DNA of 64,000 nt from an uncultured Anaerolineales bacterium (GCA_964450435.1 CAYVCX010000002.1:43760-107759); one strand, 5' to 3'; positions 1 through 9,518 are shown, numbered from the stretch's first letter. Numbers and translations: made by a program. The notes: generated by a model from the letters alone, not told the origin.

Positions 1-779
1 AGAGGCCTGACGATTGGTCGCCGCTGTTGCTGGAGGCCTGGGGTGACGCAATCGACGATCCCGCCCGATGGGCCAGAGCTGCTGAGGAGCATGGAGCCGA
101 TCTGATCGCCCTGCAGCTCAGCCTCGAGGATGCTGATGGGGAGCCAAATACCGCCGAAAAGGCCCGCAACACCGTACGCCGTGTCCTTGAGGGTACCGGG
201 CTGCCCCTGGTGGTGCTCGGCCCCGGGCAGGTAGAGGCCGATCACGAACTGCTCGTCGCTGTGGCCGAGGAGGCTTCGGGCGAGCGGGTTGCCCTTGGTC
301 TGTGCGAGGAGAAGAACTACCGTACCATCGTGGCTGGCGCCATGGCCCACGATCAGCTCGTCATCGCCAGCACCGCTATGGACGTGAATCTGGCCAAGCA
401 GCTTAACATCCTCGTCAGCGACATGGGCCTGTCCATGGACCGGATTCTGATGGACCCGACCTGCGCTGCCGTCGGCTATGGGTTCGAGTACGGCTACTCG
501 GTGATGGAGCGGCTCCGGCTGGCAGCTCTCCAGGGCGACGGCATGACGCAGCTTCCTATGATCGTCCTGGTCGGGCACGAGGCCTGGCGGCAGAAGGAGG
601 CCAAGGTCGGCGAGGACGTGCCCGAGACCTGGGGTAACTGGGAGGAGCGGGCCATCAACTGGGAGACGATGACAGCGGCCAGCCTGGTCGAATCCGCTGC
701 TGACATCCTCGTGCTGCGCCATCCGGAGTCGATGCGGCGCATCCACGCGATGATCGATGAACTGTGGGGCCGGGCGTAG
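1..779 (+). CDS. acsD: Corrinoid iron-sulfur protein small subunit (AcsD/CdhD-like), 5'-truncated at window edge
   Basis: The frame is open from the first base of the window, with no stop before the listed ATG at 27. It lies immediately upstream of acsC in a CFeSP operon. Codon usage is GC3-rich. Confidence 0.6.
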   Translation, partial: RPDDWSPLLLEAWGDAIDDPARWARAAEEHGADLIALQLSLEDADGEPNTAEKARNTVRRVLEGTGLPLVVLGPGQVEADHELLVAVAEEASGERVALGLCEEKNYRTIVAGAMAHDQLVIASTAMDVNLAKQLNILVSDMGLSMDRILMDPTCAAVGYGFEYGYSVMERLRLAALQGDGMTQLPMIVLVGHEAWRQKEAKVGEDVPETWGNWEERAINWETMTAASLVESAADILVLRHPESMRRIHAMIDELWGRA

Positions 780-797
780 GACGTGAAGAGCGATGCG

Positions 798-841
798 TGA
801 TGCACAGATGCGGCTCGCGCCGCCGTGAGACCTGTGCATCA
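798..841 (+). promoter_or_regulatory. Perfect 10-bp inverted repeat (TGATGCACAG ... CTGTGCATCA) with a 24-nt loop, between acsD and acsC
   Basis: Read directly from the sequence. It lies 19 nt after the acsD stop and about 45 nt before the acsC RBS (AAAGGAG at about 871). No T-tract follows. Confidence 0.3.
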
Positions 842-887
842 CGCGTCACCTCCCACGCGATCTGCTTAAAAGGAGAATAGGAACACG

Positions 888-2234
888 ATGGCACTTTCGG
901 GCATTCAGATTTACAAACTCTTACCTCAAACCAACTGCCAGGACTGCGACTATCCAACCTGCCTGGCTTTTGCCATGAAGTTGGCTTCTAAGCAGGCGGA
1001 TCTGGCCGACTGCCCTCACGTCTCAGACGAGGCGCGGGAAGAGCTGGCCGAGTCGGCCGCCCCGCCGGTTCGCCTGGTGAGCGTATCCTCCGATGGGCGT
1101 AAGGTCGAGGTCGGCAACGAATTGGTCCTCTTCCGACACGAGAAACGGTTCTTCAACCCGCCTGGGATCTTCGTTCGCGTCTACGATGATCAACCACTGG
1201 ATGAGATCAGGGAGCGCACGGACGAGGCTATGTCGTACCAGGTGGAATACGTCGGCATGGACTTGGAGCTTGACGGCATGGCCGTCCAGGGGACCGGCGA
1301 CGGGGACAGCTTTGCCGAGGCCGTGGGCGCGGTTCTGGAGACGGCTCAGGTGCCTCTCATACTGATCGCCGATGACGCTGCCGTGATGGCCAAGGGCGTC
1401 GAGGCTGCCCAGGAGGCGCGGCCGTTGGTCTGCGGCGCCACGGCAGAGAACTGGGAACCATTTGCCGATCTCGCCGGGGAGCACGAGCTCCCCATGGCGG
1501 TCCAGGCCGGGACGATGACTGCCCTGGCAGAGCTCACCCAGAACGTCCAGGATGCGGGGATCCAGGATATTGTGCTCGATCCCGCGGTGCGGGATATGCA
1601 TTCGTCGTTGGTGCTGAATACGCTGATTCGCCGCAAGGCGATTGACGAGACGTTCCGCCCGCTCGGTTTCCCCATCATCAATTTCCCGGGGGAGATGGCT
1701 GAGGATCCTGGGCTGGTCACCATTGCGGCGAGTCAGGCGGTTGCCAAGTATGGTGGTTTCGTCGTGCTCGATGACTTCAGCCCGGAGACAGCCTACCCTT
1801 TGTTGGTCCTCCGGACGAACGTCTATACCGACCCGCAGGAGCCCATCCAGGTCGAGCCCGGGGTCTATGAGCTCAACGACCCGGGCCCGGATTCGCCGTT
1901 GATGGTGACCACCAACTTCTCCATCACCTACTTCTCGGTGGCCAATGAGGTGGACGGAAGCGGGGTCCCGTCCTGGCTGCTGGTGGCTGCAGCAGAGGGT
2001 ATGAGCGTTCTCACCGCGTGGGCCGCGGGCGAGTTCGACGCCGAGCGTATCGCCAAGGCTGTCCAAACGACGAACATGGCGGACAAGGTCGAGCACCGCA
2101 AGCTCATCATCCCCGGCCACGTGGCTGTGCTCCTTGGCGAGCTGGAGGAGGAGCTTCCGGGCTGGGAGATCCTGGTCGGGCCCCGCGAGGCGGTGGACCT
2201 GCCTGGCTTCTTGAAGCTCTGGAGTCCCGAGTAG
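888..2234 (+). CDS. acsC: Corrinoid iron-sulfur protein large subunit (AcsC/CdhE): N-terminal 4Fe-4S domain, TIM barrel, C-terminal B12-binding region
   Basis: The N-terminal motif CQDCDYPTC is typical of CFeSP gamma / AcsC. The 448 aa length fits. A strong RBS (AAAGGAGAA) precedes it. The context is acsD-acsC-RACo-cooC-acsE. Confidence 0.85.
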   Translation: MALSGIQIYKLLPQTNCQDCDYPTCLAFAMKLASKQADLADCPHVSDEAREELAESAAPPVRLVSVSSDGRKVEVGNELVLFRHEKRFFNPPGIFVRVYDDQPLDEIRERTDEAMSYQVEYVGMDLELDGMAVQGTGDGDSFAEAVGAVLETAQVPLILIADDAAVMAKGVEAAQEARPLVCGATAENWEPFADLAGEHELPMAVQAGTMTALAELTQNVQDAGIQDIVLDPAVRDMHSSLVLNTLIRRKAIDETFRPLGFPIINFPGEMAEDPGLVTIAASQAVAKYGGFVVLDDFSPETAYPLLVLRTNVYTDPQEPIQVEPGVYELNDPGPDSPLMVTTNFSITYFSVANEVDGSGVPSWLLVAAAEGMSVLTAWAAGEFDAERIAKAVQTTNMADKVEHRKLIIPGHVAVLLGELEEELPGWEILVGPREAVDLPGFLKLWSPE

Positions 2235-2317
2235 CGTCATTTCGACAGATGCGGTGGTTGGCAGATTGGCGGGCCGCCGCCAGTCTGCCGGCCGGCCCCG
2301 TCCCCTGAGATCCTGAT

Positions 2318-4237
2318 ATGCCAGCTTGCCGGATCAAATTCCTCCCCACCGAGCGAGAGGTGGACGTCCCCAGCGGTACGCTGCTGAGCGAGGCGGCTCA
2401 GGCAGCCGGTGTGGACATCAATATGCCCTGCGGCGGGCAGGGCCGTTGCGGTCGCTGCGCCGTCATCATCGAATCAGGAGCCGTGCGGCGCCTCTCCACC
2501 GGCGGGCTGTCCCCTGATGACGTGGCCGCAGGCTACGCCCTCGCCTGTCAGACCGCTGTCGAGGAAGACCTGGTCGTCAGCGTGCCGCGTCAGGAGAAGA
2601 TCGAGCGGCGCCTGAAGACGAGTAAGCGCGCTGAGAAGGTCGAGCTGCCGTTTGCCTACAGCGTCGACGACCAGCCGCTGCACAAGTACGTCGTGACGCT
2701 GGATCCCCCCAGTCTTCAGGATCAGACCGACGACTGGTCCCGTCTTCAGCGCGAGCTGTCGCGGCGCTACGACCTGGATGATGTACGGGTCTCCTTGCCG
2801 GTGCTGCGCAAGCTGGGCCGGGCTCTGCGCGAGGGCGATTGGACCGTGACCGTGGTAGCGGAGTTGGATACCCGGCGGCGCCCTGATGGACCACCCCGGA
2901 TGATCGATGTGCTGCCCGGCGAACGCCTGGAGAGCCTCTGGGCGGTGGCCATGGACATTGGCACTACGAGCAACGTGGTGTGGCTGGTCGATCTGATCAG
3001 CGGCGAGGTGATGGCTCAGGCGGCCGACTACAACGGGCAGATCGCTCGCGGAGAGGATGTCATCTCGCGCATTATCTACGCTTCCAAGAACGAGAATGGT
3101 CTGGAGGAGCTGCAGCGGCTGGTTCTCGACACCTTCAACGGACTGCTCCGACAGGTGGCCGAGGAGCGCGGCATCAGCACCGACGAGATTTACAAGGCTG
3201 TCGTGGCCGGTAACAGCACCATGCTGCATCTCTTTGCCGGTATCCCTCCCGAGACCATTCGCCTGATGCCCTTCATCACCGTGGTCAATCAACTGCCTGC
3301 GTTCGAGGCCCGTGAGACCGGGCTAGGAATCAACCCGGCGGCGACCGTCGATTGCCTGCCTGGTGTGGCTTCCTACGTTGGGGCGGACATCACGGCCGGC
3401 GTGGTGAGCTCCGGGATGTGCGAGGAGGAGACCGATCTGACGCTGTTTGTGGACGTGGGGACCAATGGCGAGATGGTGCTGGGCGATTGCACCTGGCTCA
3501 TCGCCTGTGCTTGCTCGGCCGGGCCGGCCTTCGAGGGCGCCGGCGTCGTCGACGGCATGCGCGCCACGGCCGGGGCCATCGAGGAGGTCTGGGTGGACCG
3601 CACGAGCTACGAGGCTCAGTATCGCGTCATCGGCGATGAGCGGCCCCGGGGAATCTGTGGTTCCGGGCTGATATCGCTGATGGCGGAGATGTTTATGGCC
3701 GGCGTGATCGACAAGAGCGCCAACATCAGCCTTGAGTTGGGCACCAACAGGGTCCGGGAGGGCGAACACGGGGCTGAGTACGTCGTCGCCTGGAAGGATG
3801 AGACGGAGACTGATCGAGACATCGTGATTACCGACGTCGATCTCAATAACCTCCTGCGGGCCAAGGCGGCTATCTACGCCGGTTTCTCGATCCTGGCTCG
3901 CAGCGTCGGGCTGAGCCTGGATGCCGTCGAGCGCGTGCTCATCGGAGGGGCTTTTGGGCAGTACATCAACGTCGAAAAGGCGGTGCAGATTGGCCTGCTG
4001 CCCGATATGCCCTACGACAGCTTTCATTTCCTGGGCAATACGTCGGTGCGCGGGGCCTACATGACGCTCATCTCTCGAGAGAAGCGCGAGCAGGTGGCTC
4101 AAGTTGGCGAGATGATGACCTACCTCGAGCTGTCGGCTGACAACACGTTCTTCGACGAGTTCAATGCGGCCCTATTCCTGCCACATACGGATATCAGCAA
4201 GTTTCCATCTATGGCCGAGGCGTTGGAGGCAAAGTGA
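2318..4237 (+). CDS. Reductive activator of corrinoid enzymes (RACo): 2Fe-2S ferredoxin domain plus ASKHA ATPase domain
   Basis: The N-terminal plant-type 2Fe-2S motif (CGGQGRCGRC ... C) is followed by a long actin/ASKHA-like ATPase region of about 640 aa. It sits adjacent to acsC as in acetogens. Confidence 0.75.
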   Translation: MPACRIKFLPTEREVDVPSGTLLSEAAQAAGVDINMPCGGQGRCGRCAVIIESGAVRRLSTGGLSPDDVAAGYALACQTAVEEDLVVSVPRQEKIERRLKTSKRAEKVELPFAYSVDDQPLHKYVVTLDPPSLQDQTDDWSRLQRELSRRYDLDDVRVSLPVLRKLGRALREGDWTVTVVAELDTRRRPDGPPRMIDVLPGERLESLWAVAMDIGTTSNVVWLVDLISGEVMAQAADYNGQIARGEDVISRIIYASKNENGLEELQRLVLDTFNGLLRQVAEERGISTDEIYKAVVAGNSTMLHLFAGIPPETIRLMPFITVVNQLPAFEARETGLGINPAATVDCLPGVASYVGADITAGVVSSGMCEEETDLTLFVDVGTNGEMVLGDCTWLIACACSAGPAFEGAGVVDGMRATAGAIEEVWVDRTSYEAQYRVIGDERPRGICGSGLISLMAEMFMAGVIDKSANISLELGTNRVREGEHGAEYVVAWKDETETDRDIVITDVDLNNLLRAKAAIYAGFSILARSVGLSLDAVERVLIGGAFGQYINVEKAVQIGLLPDMPYDSFHFLGNTSVRGAYMTLISREKREQVAQVGEMMTYLELSADNTFFDEFNAALFLPHTDISKFPSMAEALEAK

Positions 4238-4404
4238 ATCCCAGACGCAGCGCGGAGAGGGCGAGAGAATGGGGGAATCAGACTGAGCTCGAGTCGGCGC
4301 GTCGCTGTGTTCGGACAGTGCCTGGTGGGCTCAGGGATTCGGTGTGACCCACCCGACCAGCGGTGGTCCGGGACACGTATAAGAAGATATTGGACAGAGA
4401 GAAC

Positions 4405-5214
4405 ATGACGACGACAATTGCCCTGGCTGGCAAGGGGGGAACTGGAAAGACCACCGTCGCCGCGCTTCTGGTGCGCTACCTGGTGGAGGAGCGAGACGGC
4501 GCTATCCTCGCCATCGACGCCGATCCTGCCAGCAATCTTCACTTCGTCCTGGGGATGGAGCTGCATCAAACCATCGGCGAGATTCGGGAGGACATGCTCG
4601 ATCAGGTCCAGACCAGCGGGGCGCTGGCCGGGGCGATGCCCGGCGGGATGAGCAAGCAGGAGTACCTGGACTATCAGGTCCAGATGTCCCTCGTCGAGGG
4701 TGACCGGGTTGACCTCCTGGCCATGGGGCGGCCCGAGGGCCAGGGGTGCTATTGCGCCGCGAATCAGATGCTTCGGCTGATCCTCGATCGGCTCAAGAGT
4801 CATTATGACTACGTGGTGATCGACAACGAGGCGGGCATGGAGCATCTGAGCCGTCGCACGACGCGCGATGTCGACGTGCTCCTGCTGGTGACCGACCCCA
4901 CCCAGCGGGGTCTCATCACGGCGAGGCGGATGCAGGAGATGGTGCCCGAGCTGGAGATCGGTGTTGGTCGCGTATACCTCATCGTCAATCGACTGCGGAG
5001 CGACGGGCGCGAACAGGCGGAGGCTGTACCCCGCCCCCTGGTCAGGGTCATTGAGGAGGCGGAGCTCGATCTCATCGGCACGGTGCCCGAGGAGCCGGCG
5101 ATGGCCGAGTTCGAGTTCACCGGACGGCCGCTGGTGGAGTTGCCCGCAGAGACCGGCCTCTATCAGGCCGTCCGGGAGATCGCTGGGGAGATCCTCGGCA
5201 ACGGGCGGCGCTGA
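4405..5214 (+). CDS. cooC: CooC/AcsF-type nickel-insertion ATPase (MinD/ParA family)
   Basis: Walker A motif GKGGTGKTT at the N-terminus. The listed ORF starts at 4363, but the ATG at 4405 (MTTTIALAGKGG) with an upstream GAGAG is the more likely start. Confidence 0.8.
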   Translation: MTTTIALAGKGGTGKTTVAALLVRYLVEERDGAILAIDADPASNLHFVLGMELHQTIGEIREDMLDQVQTSGALAGAMPGGMSKQEYLDYQVQMSLVEGDRVDLLAMGRPEGQGCYCAANQMLRLILDRLKSHYDYVVIDNEAGMEHLSRRTTRDVDVLLLVTDPTQRGLITARRMQEMVPELEIGVGRVYLIVNRLRSDGREQAEAVPRPLVRVIEEAELDLIGTVPEEPAMAEFEFTGRPLVELPAETGLYQAVREIAGEILGNGRR

Positions 5215-5282
5215 TCCTCGCCGCAAGGGTGTTGTGGCGCCGCTATTGATGAAACGCAATCCACGAAAGAGGAGGAATAGCG

Positions 5283-6206
5283 ATGTACATCATTGGTGAG
5301 AACATCCACATCGTCTCGCCCAGCGTGGCTCGAGCTGTCGAGGAGCGGGATGCAAAGTTCTTCCAGGACATGGCGGTGCGTCAGGTGGAGGCCGGCGCCA
5401 GCGCCGTGGACCTGAACATGGGCCCTCAGAAGAGAGAGGGCGAGGAAATCCTGCCCTGGTTGGTGGAGACCGTCGAGGAGGTCGTGGACGTGCCGTTGGT
5501 CTTCGATACCACGAACCTCGGCGCCATCGAGGCAGCCTGCAAAGTGGTTTCCAAGGCACAGCCCATCATCAACTCGGTCTCCGCGAAGGAGGAGTCCCTG
5601 GAGAAGGTGCCCCTGGTCGCCGCAGAGTACAACACGCGCCTGATCGGACTTACCATGGAATCGGGTATGATCCCCGTCAGTGCCGACGAGCGGGTCACCA
5701 TCGCCATCGAGAAGCTGATCCCCCGTATGCTGGAGGTCGGCCTCCCCATAGAGGACTTCATCATCGATCCCCTGGTCCTTACCGTCTCCGGGTGCCAGGA
5801 GTACTGCCCTGAGTTCCTCGATGCGGTCCATATGCTCAAGTTCGCCTGGGATCCAGCCCCCAAGACGAACGCGGGACTGTCCAACGTCTCTAACGCGGTG
5901 CCATCCGAGATGCGCCCCTTGCTCAACCGGGTCTATCAGGTGATGATTATGGGAGCTGGTGTCGACATGGTCATCGCTGACCCCTTTGATGAGGACCTGT
6001 TGGAGTTCATCCGCATCGTCGAGGAGCGGGATGACTCCACGCCTCTGAGTCAATCTCTCCTGAAGCTCCACGATCGCATCGCGGCGATGGAAGAACCGCA
6101 GGCGGATGACTTCGACCTCGACGACCCGGAGCAGGAGGCGGTCTGGAAGACGGTCCAGGTGCTGCAGAACGAGATCATCTACACCGATTCGTATCTGCGC
6201 GTGTAG
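5283..6206 (+). CDS. acsE: Methyltetrahydrofolate:corrinoid/iron-sulfur protein methyltransferase (AcsE, pterin-binding DHPS-like barrel)
   Basis: The N-terminus MYIIGENIH followed by a pterin-binding fold is characteristic of AcsE/MtrH-like methyltransferases. It is adjacent to the CFeSP genes. Confidence 0.8.
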   Translation: MYIIGENIHIVSPSVARAVEERDAKFFQDMAVRQVEAGASAVDLNMGPQKREGEEILPWLVETVEEVVDVPLVFDTTNLGAIEAACKVVSKAQPIINSVSAKEESLEKVPLVAAEYNTRLIGLTMESGMIPVSADERVTIAIEKLIPRMLEVGLPIEDFIIDPLVLTVSGCQEYCPEFLDAVHMLKFAWDPAPKTNAGLSNVSNAVPSEMRPLLNRVYQVMIMGAGVDMVIADPFDEDLLEFIRIVEERDDSTPLSQSLLKLHDRIAAMEEPQADDFDLDDPEQEAVWKTVQVLQNEIIYTDSYLRV

Positions 6207-6335
6207 CCTGGAAGTCGAGGAGGGCACTCTAGGAGGATTGACCGGACCTACTGATTCTGGATCCCACAGGATCGCCCGGTGGGTCCGCAGAGCCCTCTGG
6301 ACGTTGATTCAGCGACGTTTCACACGGGAGGACGT

Positions 6336-7223
6336 ATGACTGCACAATTGCTGGACGGCAGAGCGACATCGGCCAAAATCCGTGAGGAAGTCCAAGCCGC
6401 GGTCGAGCAGTTGAAGGCCGAGCACGACGTGGTGCCCGGCCTGGCCACGGTGCTCGTGGGGGAGAACCCGGCTTCACAGACGTATGTCAGCATGAAGGAG
6501 AGACAGTGCGAACGAGCCGGGATGCGTGCCTTTGGTCAGCACCTGCCCGACGACATCGACCAGGCAGGTCTGATGGCCGAGATAGCGAAACTAAACGCCG
6601 ACCCGCAGGTCCACGGCATCCTGGTGCAGCTCCCTCTGCCCGATCATCTCGATGAAGATGAGACGTTGGCCGCCGTCTCGTTGGAGAAAGACGTGGATGG
6701 CTTCCACCCCGTCAACATCGCGCGCCTGACGCTCCAGAACGTGGAGCCCACCTTCGCGCCGTGCATGCCGCTCGGCTGCCTTGAGCTCCTCCACAGATAC
6801 GGGGTGGACATCAGAGGTAAGGAAGCCGTGGTCCTCGGCCCGACCAACATCGTGGGGCTGCCCACCGCCATGCTGCTGCTGCACGAGGGGGCGATGGTCG
6901 ACATTTGCCATCCCCACACTCCGGATCTGCCAGGTATCAGCAGACGCGCGGACATCCTGGTCGCTGCCATCGACGATCCCGGGATGGTGAAGGGCGATTG
7001 GGTCAGGCCGGGGGCTGCCGTGATCGATGTCGGATGGAGCCGGGTGAAAGATGCGACGGCCGAGAAGGGCTATCGAGTGATTGGAAACGTAGATTTTGAC
7101 GAGGTCAAGGGCGTCGCCGGCTACGTCACGCCGGTGCCGGGAGGCACGGGACCTATGACCATCGCCATGCTGCTACAGAACACGTTGCTGGCGGCCAGGC
7201 GTGCCGCCGGCATCTCCGGCTGA
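6336..7223 (+). CDS. folD: Bifunctional 5,10-methylene-THF dehydrogenase / methenyl-THF cyclohydrolase (FolD)
   Basis: Conserved FolD motifs are present, including LVQLPLP and GFHP. A GGGAGGA RBS precedes the ATG at 6336; the listed ORF at 6279 has an unlikely 19-aa leader. Confidence 0.85.
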   Translation: MTAQLLDGRATSAKIREEVQAAVEQLKAEHDVVPGLATVLVGENPASQTYVSMKERQCERAGMRAFGQHLPDDIDQAGLMAEIAKLNADPQVHGILVQLPLPDHLDEDETLAAVSLEKDVDGFHPVNIARLTLQNVEPTFAPCMPLGCLELLHRYGVDIRGKEAVVLGPTNIVGLPTAMLLLHEGAMVDICHPHTPDLPGISRRADILVAAIDDPGMVKGDWVRPGAAVIDVGWSRVKDATAEKGYRVIGNVDFDEVKGVAGYVTPVPGGTGPMTIAMLLQNTLLAARRAAGISG

Positions 7224-7329
7224 GACGCGTGCCAGGCAAGGCCCGACGAGATTGGAGGGGCTTCTCGTCCCATCCACCCGGTTGATGCGGATGGGAAGGG
7301 CAGCAACGAGACCGGGCTGTGGAGGTTCT

Positions 7330-7734
7330 ATGAGAGCCGAGCTATCGGCAGAGAGAATACGTGGGCGTTTCGTGCAGCTGGTTGAGGAGATCAGCGGTCA
7401 GGATCTCCTGGCCTGCAACCAGTGCGGCAAGTGCAGCGCTGGATGCCCCATTGTAGGCACGATGGACATCCTGCCCAGCCAGGCCATCCGAATGGCGCAG
7501 TTGGGTATGGAGGACGTGCTGGAGACGACCACCATATGGATCTGCGCTTCCTGCCTGACGTGTGTCGCGCGCTGTCCCAAGGGGGTCGATCTGCCCCGAC
7601 TGATGGAGGCCCTGCGCCAGACTGCATTGCGCAAAGGGGTCGCGAAGTTGGATCTAAACGCTCTCCCTCAGGAGCTGTTGCGCGAGCTGCCTCAGCTGGC
7701 GATCATCGGGGGATGCAGGAAGTACATAAAGTAA
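7330..7734 (+). CDS. hdrC: Heterodisulfide reductase subunit C-like (2x[4Fe-4S] ferredoxin)
   Basis: Two CxxCxxCxxxCP motifs (CNQCGKCSAGCP and CASCLTCVARCP). A GGAGG RBS precedes the ATG at 7330. It is followed by hdrB. Confidence 0.75.
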   Translation: MRAELSAERIRGRFVQLVEEISGQDLLACNQCGKCSAGCPIVGTMDILPSQAIRMAQLGMEDVLETTTIWICASCLTCVARCPKGVDLPRLMEALRQTALRKGVAKLDLNALPQELLRELPQLAIIGGCRKYIK

Positions 7735-7795
7735 ACCTGTGTGTCTGGTGGTCAATCGGTAAACATATGTGGCCGCAAAATCTTGGAGCTAGTTA

Positions 7796-8662
7796 ATGGG
7801 CATTCCCTACTTTCCAGGCTGTACGCTTTCGACCAAGGCGAAGAACTACGACCGCTCGGGCAGAGCGGTAGCGAAAGCGCTGGGGTTGGAGCTTGAGGAG
7901 CTTCCCGAGTGGCAGTGCTGTGGAGCCACGTTCCCGCTTATGCTCGACGACTCGATGGCTCTCATCGCACCCACGCGCATCCTGTATCAGGCTCAGCAGG
8001 CCGGTGAGCGTGTGACCACTCTCTGCTCTGTGTGTTTCAACGTGCTGCGCCGCTCCCAGGCACTGCTGGGGCGCGACGAGGAGATGCTGGATCGCATCAA
8101 TTGGTTCACGGAGCAGGAGTATCACGGCGACGTAGTTGTGTCGCATTTTCTCGAGGTGCTTCGCGACGATCTGGGCTGGGACGAGGAGCCCGGTTCTCTG
8201 GCCGAACACGTGAGACGGCCCCTGACGGGGTTGAAGGCTGCTCCCTACTACGGCTGCCTTCTCCTGCGTCCATACGACGAGATCGGCCTCGACAATCCGG
8301 AGGACCCGCGCATTCTTCACGACCTCTTGCGGGCCCTCGGCGCCGAGCCGGTGGACTTCCCGTTCAACATCGAGTGTTGCGGCTCCTATCTGATGGTCAA
8401 GGATCCCGATGTCCCGGAGTCGCTCTCCACGGAAATCGTCGCTTCGGCCAGAGAACACGGCGCCGATGTGGTGGTCACTGCCTGTCCGCTCTGTCAGTTC
8501 AATCTCGACTACCCACAGCGGGAGACGGTGGGCAGTCGTGCGGGGAGCCGGATCCCCGTGGTCTACTTCACGCAGCTAATGGCAGTAGCTCTGGGGCTGC
8601 CGGAGGAGACGTGGGGGTTTGAAGACCATTACGTGGACCCGAAACCACTGTTTGACGAGTAG
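7796..8662 (+). CDS. hdrB: Heterodisulfide reductase subunit B-like (two CCG cysteine-rich domains)
   Basis: CCG domain signatures are present (CCG..., CPLCQ) and the N-terminus YFPGC is typical of HdrB. Confidence 0.8.
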   Translation: MGIPYFPGCTLSTKAKNYDRSGRAVAKALGLELEELPEWQCCGATFPLMLDDSMALIAPTRILYQAQQAGERVTTLCSVCFNVLRRSQALLGRDEEMLDRINWFTEQEYHGDVVVSHFLEVLRDDLGWDEEPGSLAEHVRRPLTGLKAAPYYGCLLLRPYDEIGLDNPEDPRILHDLLRALGAEPVDFPFNIECCGSYLMVKDPDVPESLSTEIVASAREHGADVVVTACPLCQFNLDYPQRETVGSRAGSRIPVVYFTQLMAVALGLPEETWGFEDHYVDPKPLFDE

Positions 8663-8719
8663 AGGGGGCCGGTAGAAGCGGGTGAGTTGGTGCGGTTGGC
8701 GGGTTCAGGGAGGAAGAAA

Positions 8720-9292
8720 ATGTCCGATGTTTGGAAGCGGTTGGAGAACTACCGAAAATTGAAGGTGTTGCCCTCTGGTGAGAGGCTCCTGTTGCGTCCC
8801 TTGACGAAGCAGGATAAGCAGGACCTCGTGGCCCTCTTTGGTCGCGCCGCCGAGCAAGACCTGCAGTACTTCCGGAGCGATGCCGGTGATCCGGAGGTGG
8901 TGAAGAGTTGGGTGGACAAACTGGATCTGCAGCGCGTCTTTCCTCTGGTGGCTGTCGTGGACGACACGATAGTGGGGGAGGCGATGCTGCACTTCGGGGA
9001 GCACTTCCATCGTCACCTGGCCTGGGTGCGCATCTTCCTGGACCGGGACTACCGGCGACAGGGTATCGGCACGCTCATGCTGCGCTGCTTGATCGAGGTC
9101 GCGCGCCGGGTCGGGCTGCAGCAGTTGTACGCCGAGGTTGTGCTGACCCAGCCCCAGGTGATCAAGGCCTTCGAGAACCTCGGTTTCCGCCACGAGGTGA
9201 CGTTGGAGGACTACTTCATCACCGATAGCGGGGAGACCCTCGACATGGCTATTCTGGTGTACTGGCTCGTCGACAGCTCCGGGGTGTTCTGA
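8720..9292 (+). CDS. GNAT family N-acetyltransferase
   Basis: Acetyl-CoA binding motif (RRQGIGTLML) within a GNAT fold of about 190 aa. A GGGAGGAAG RBS precedes the ATG at 8720. Confidence 0.7.
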   Translation: MSDVWKRLENYRKLKVLPSGERLLLRPLTKQDKQDLVALFGRAAEQDLQYFRSDAGDPEVVKSWVDKLDLQRVFPLVAVVDDTIVGEAMLHFGEHFHRHLAWVRIFLDRDYRRQGIGTLMLRCLIEVARRVGLQQLYAEVVLTQPQVIKAFENLGFRHEVTLEDYFITDSGETLDMAILVYWLVDSSGVF

Positions 9293-9401
9293 ATCCCATT
9301 GGTCGTCGGCAGTGGCTGTTCCCTGCCACCGCGGCTCTCGATCCTGAGGGGAGATCGCCCTTGCCTGGGATAGCGCCATTAGGATGATTATTATGGTTCA
9401 T

Positions 9402-9430
9402 TTGCTCCGTATGCAGGTGCTCGTTATAAT
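9402..9430 (+). promoter_or_regulatory. Sigma70-like promoter candidate (TTGCTC, 17 nt spacer, TATAAT) upstream of the hdrC/hdrB/hdrA block
   Basis: A perfect -10 hexamer TATAAT at 9425-9430 with a 17-nt spacer to TTGCTC, inside a locally AT-rich island within an otherwise GC-rich 226-bp intergenic region. Confidence 0.35.
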
Positions 9431-9518
9431 TCGTATAGGCTGGTGACTGTTCTGAGCCTCGAGGGGCGCCGCAACGCCCTCACGGCTCGCCAATCGTGAC
9501 ACAACCTATGGAGGAGCC

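Noticed and set aside
1023-6227. Long antisense ORFs (e.g. 1023-2240, 2474-3292, 3323-4102, 4120-5259 and 5163-6227, all minus strand) overlapping acsC, RACo, cooC and acsE
   Set aside because: These are typical stop-free antisense frames in high-GC DNA. They lack RBS and GC3 bias, and every one lies fully inside a well-supported sense gene. The same applies to minus-strand ORFs throughout the window.
8032-8622. 196-aa alternative-frame ORF inside hdrB
   Set aside because: It overlaps a gene with clear CCG-domain motifs and is an Arg/Gly-rich wrong-frame product.
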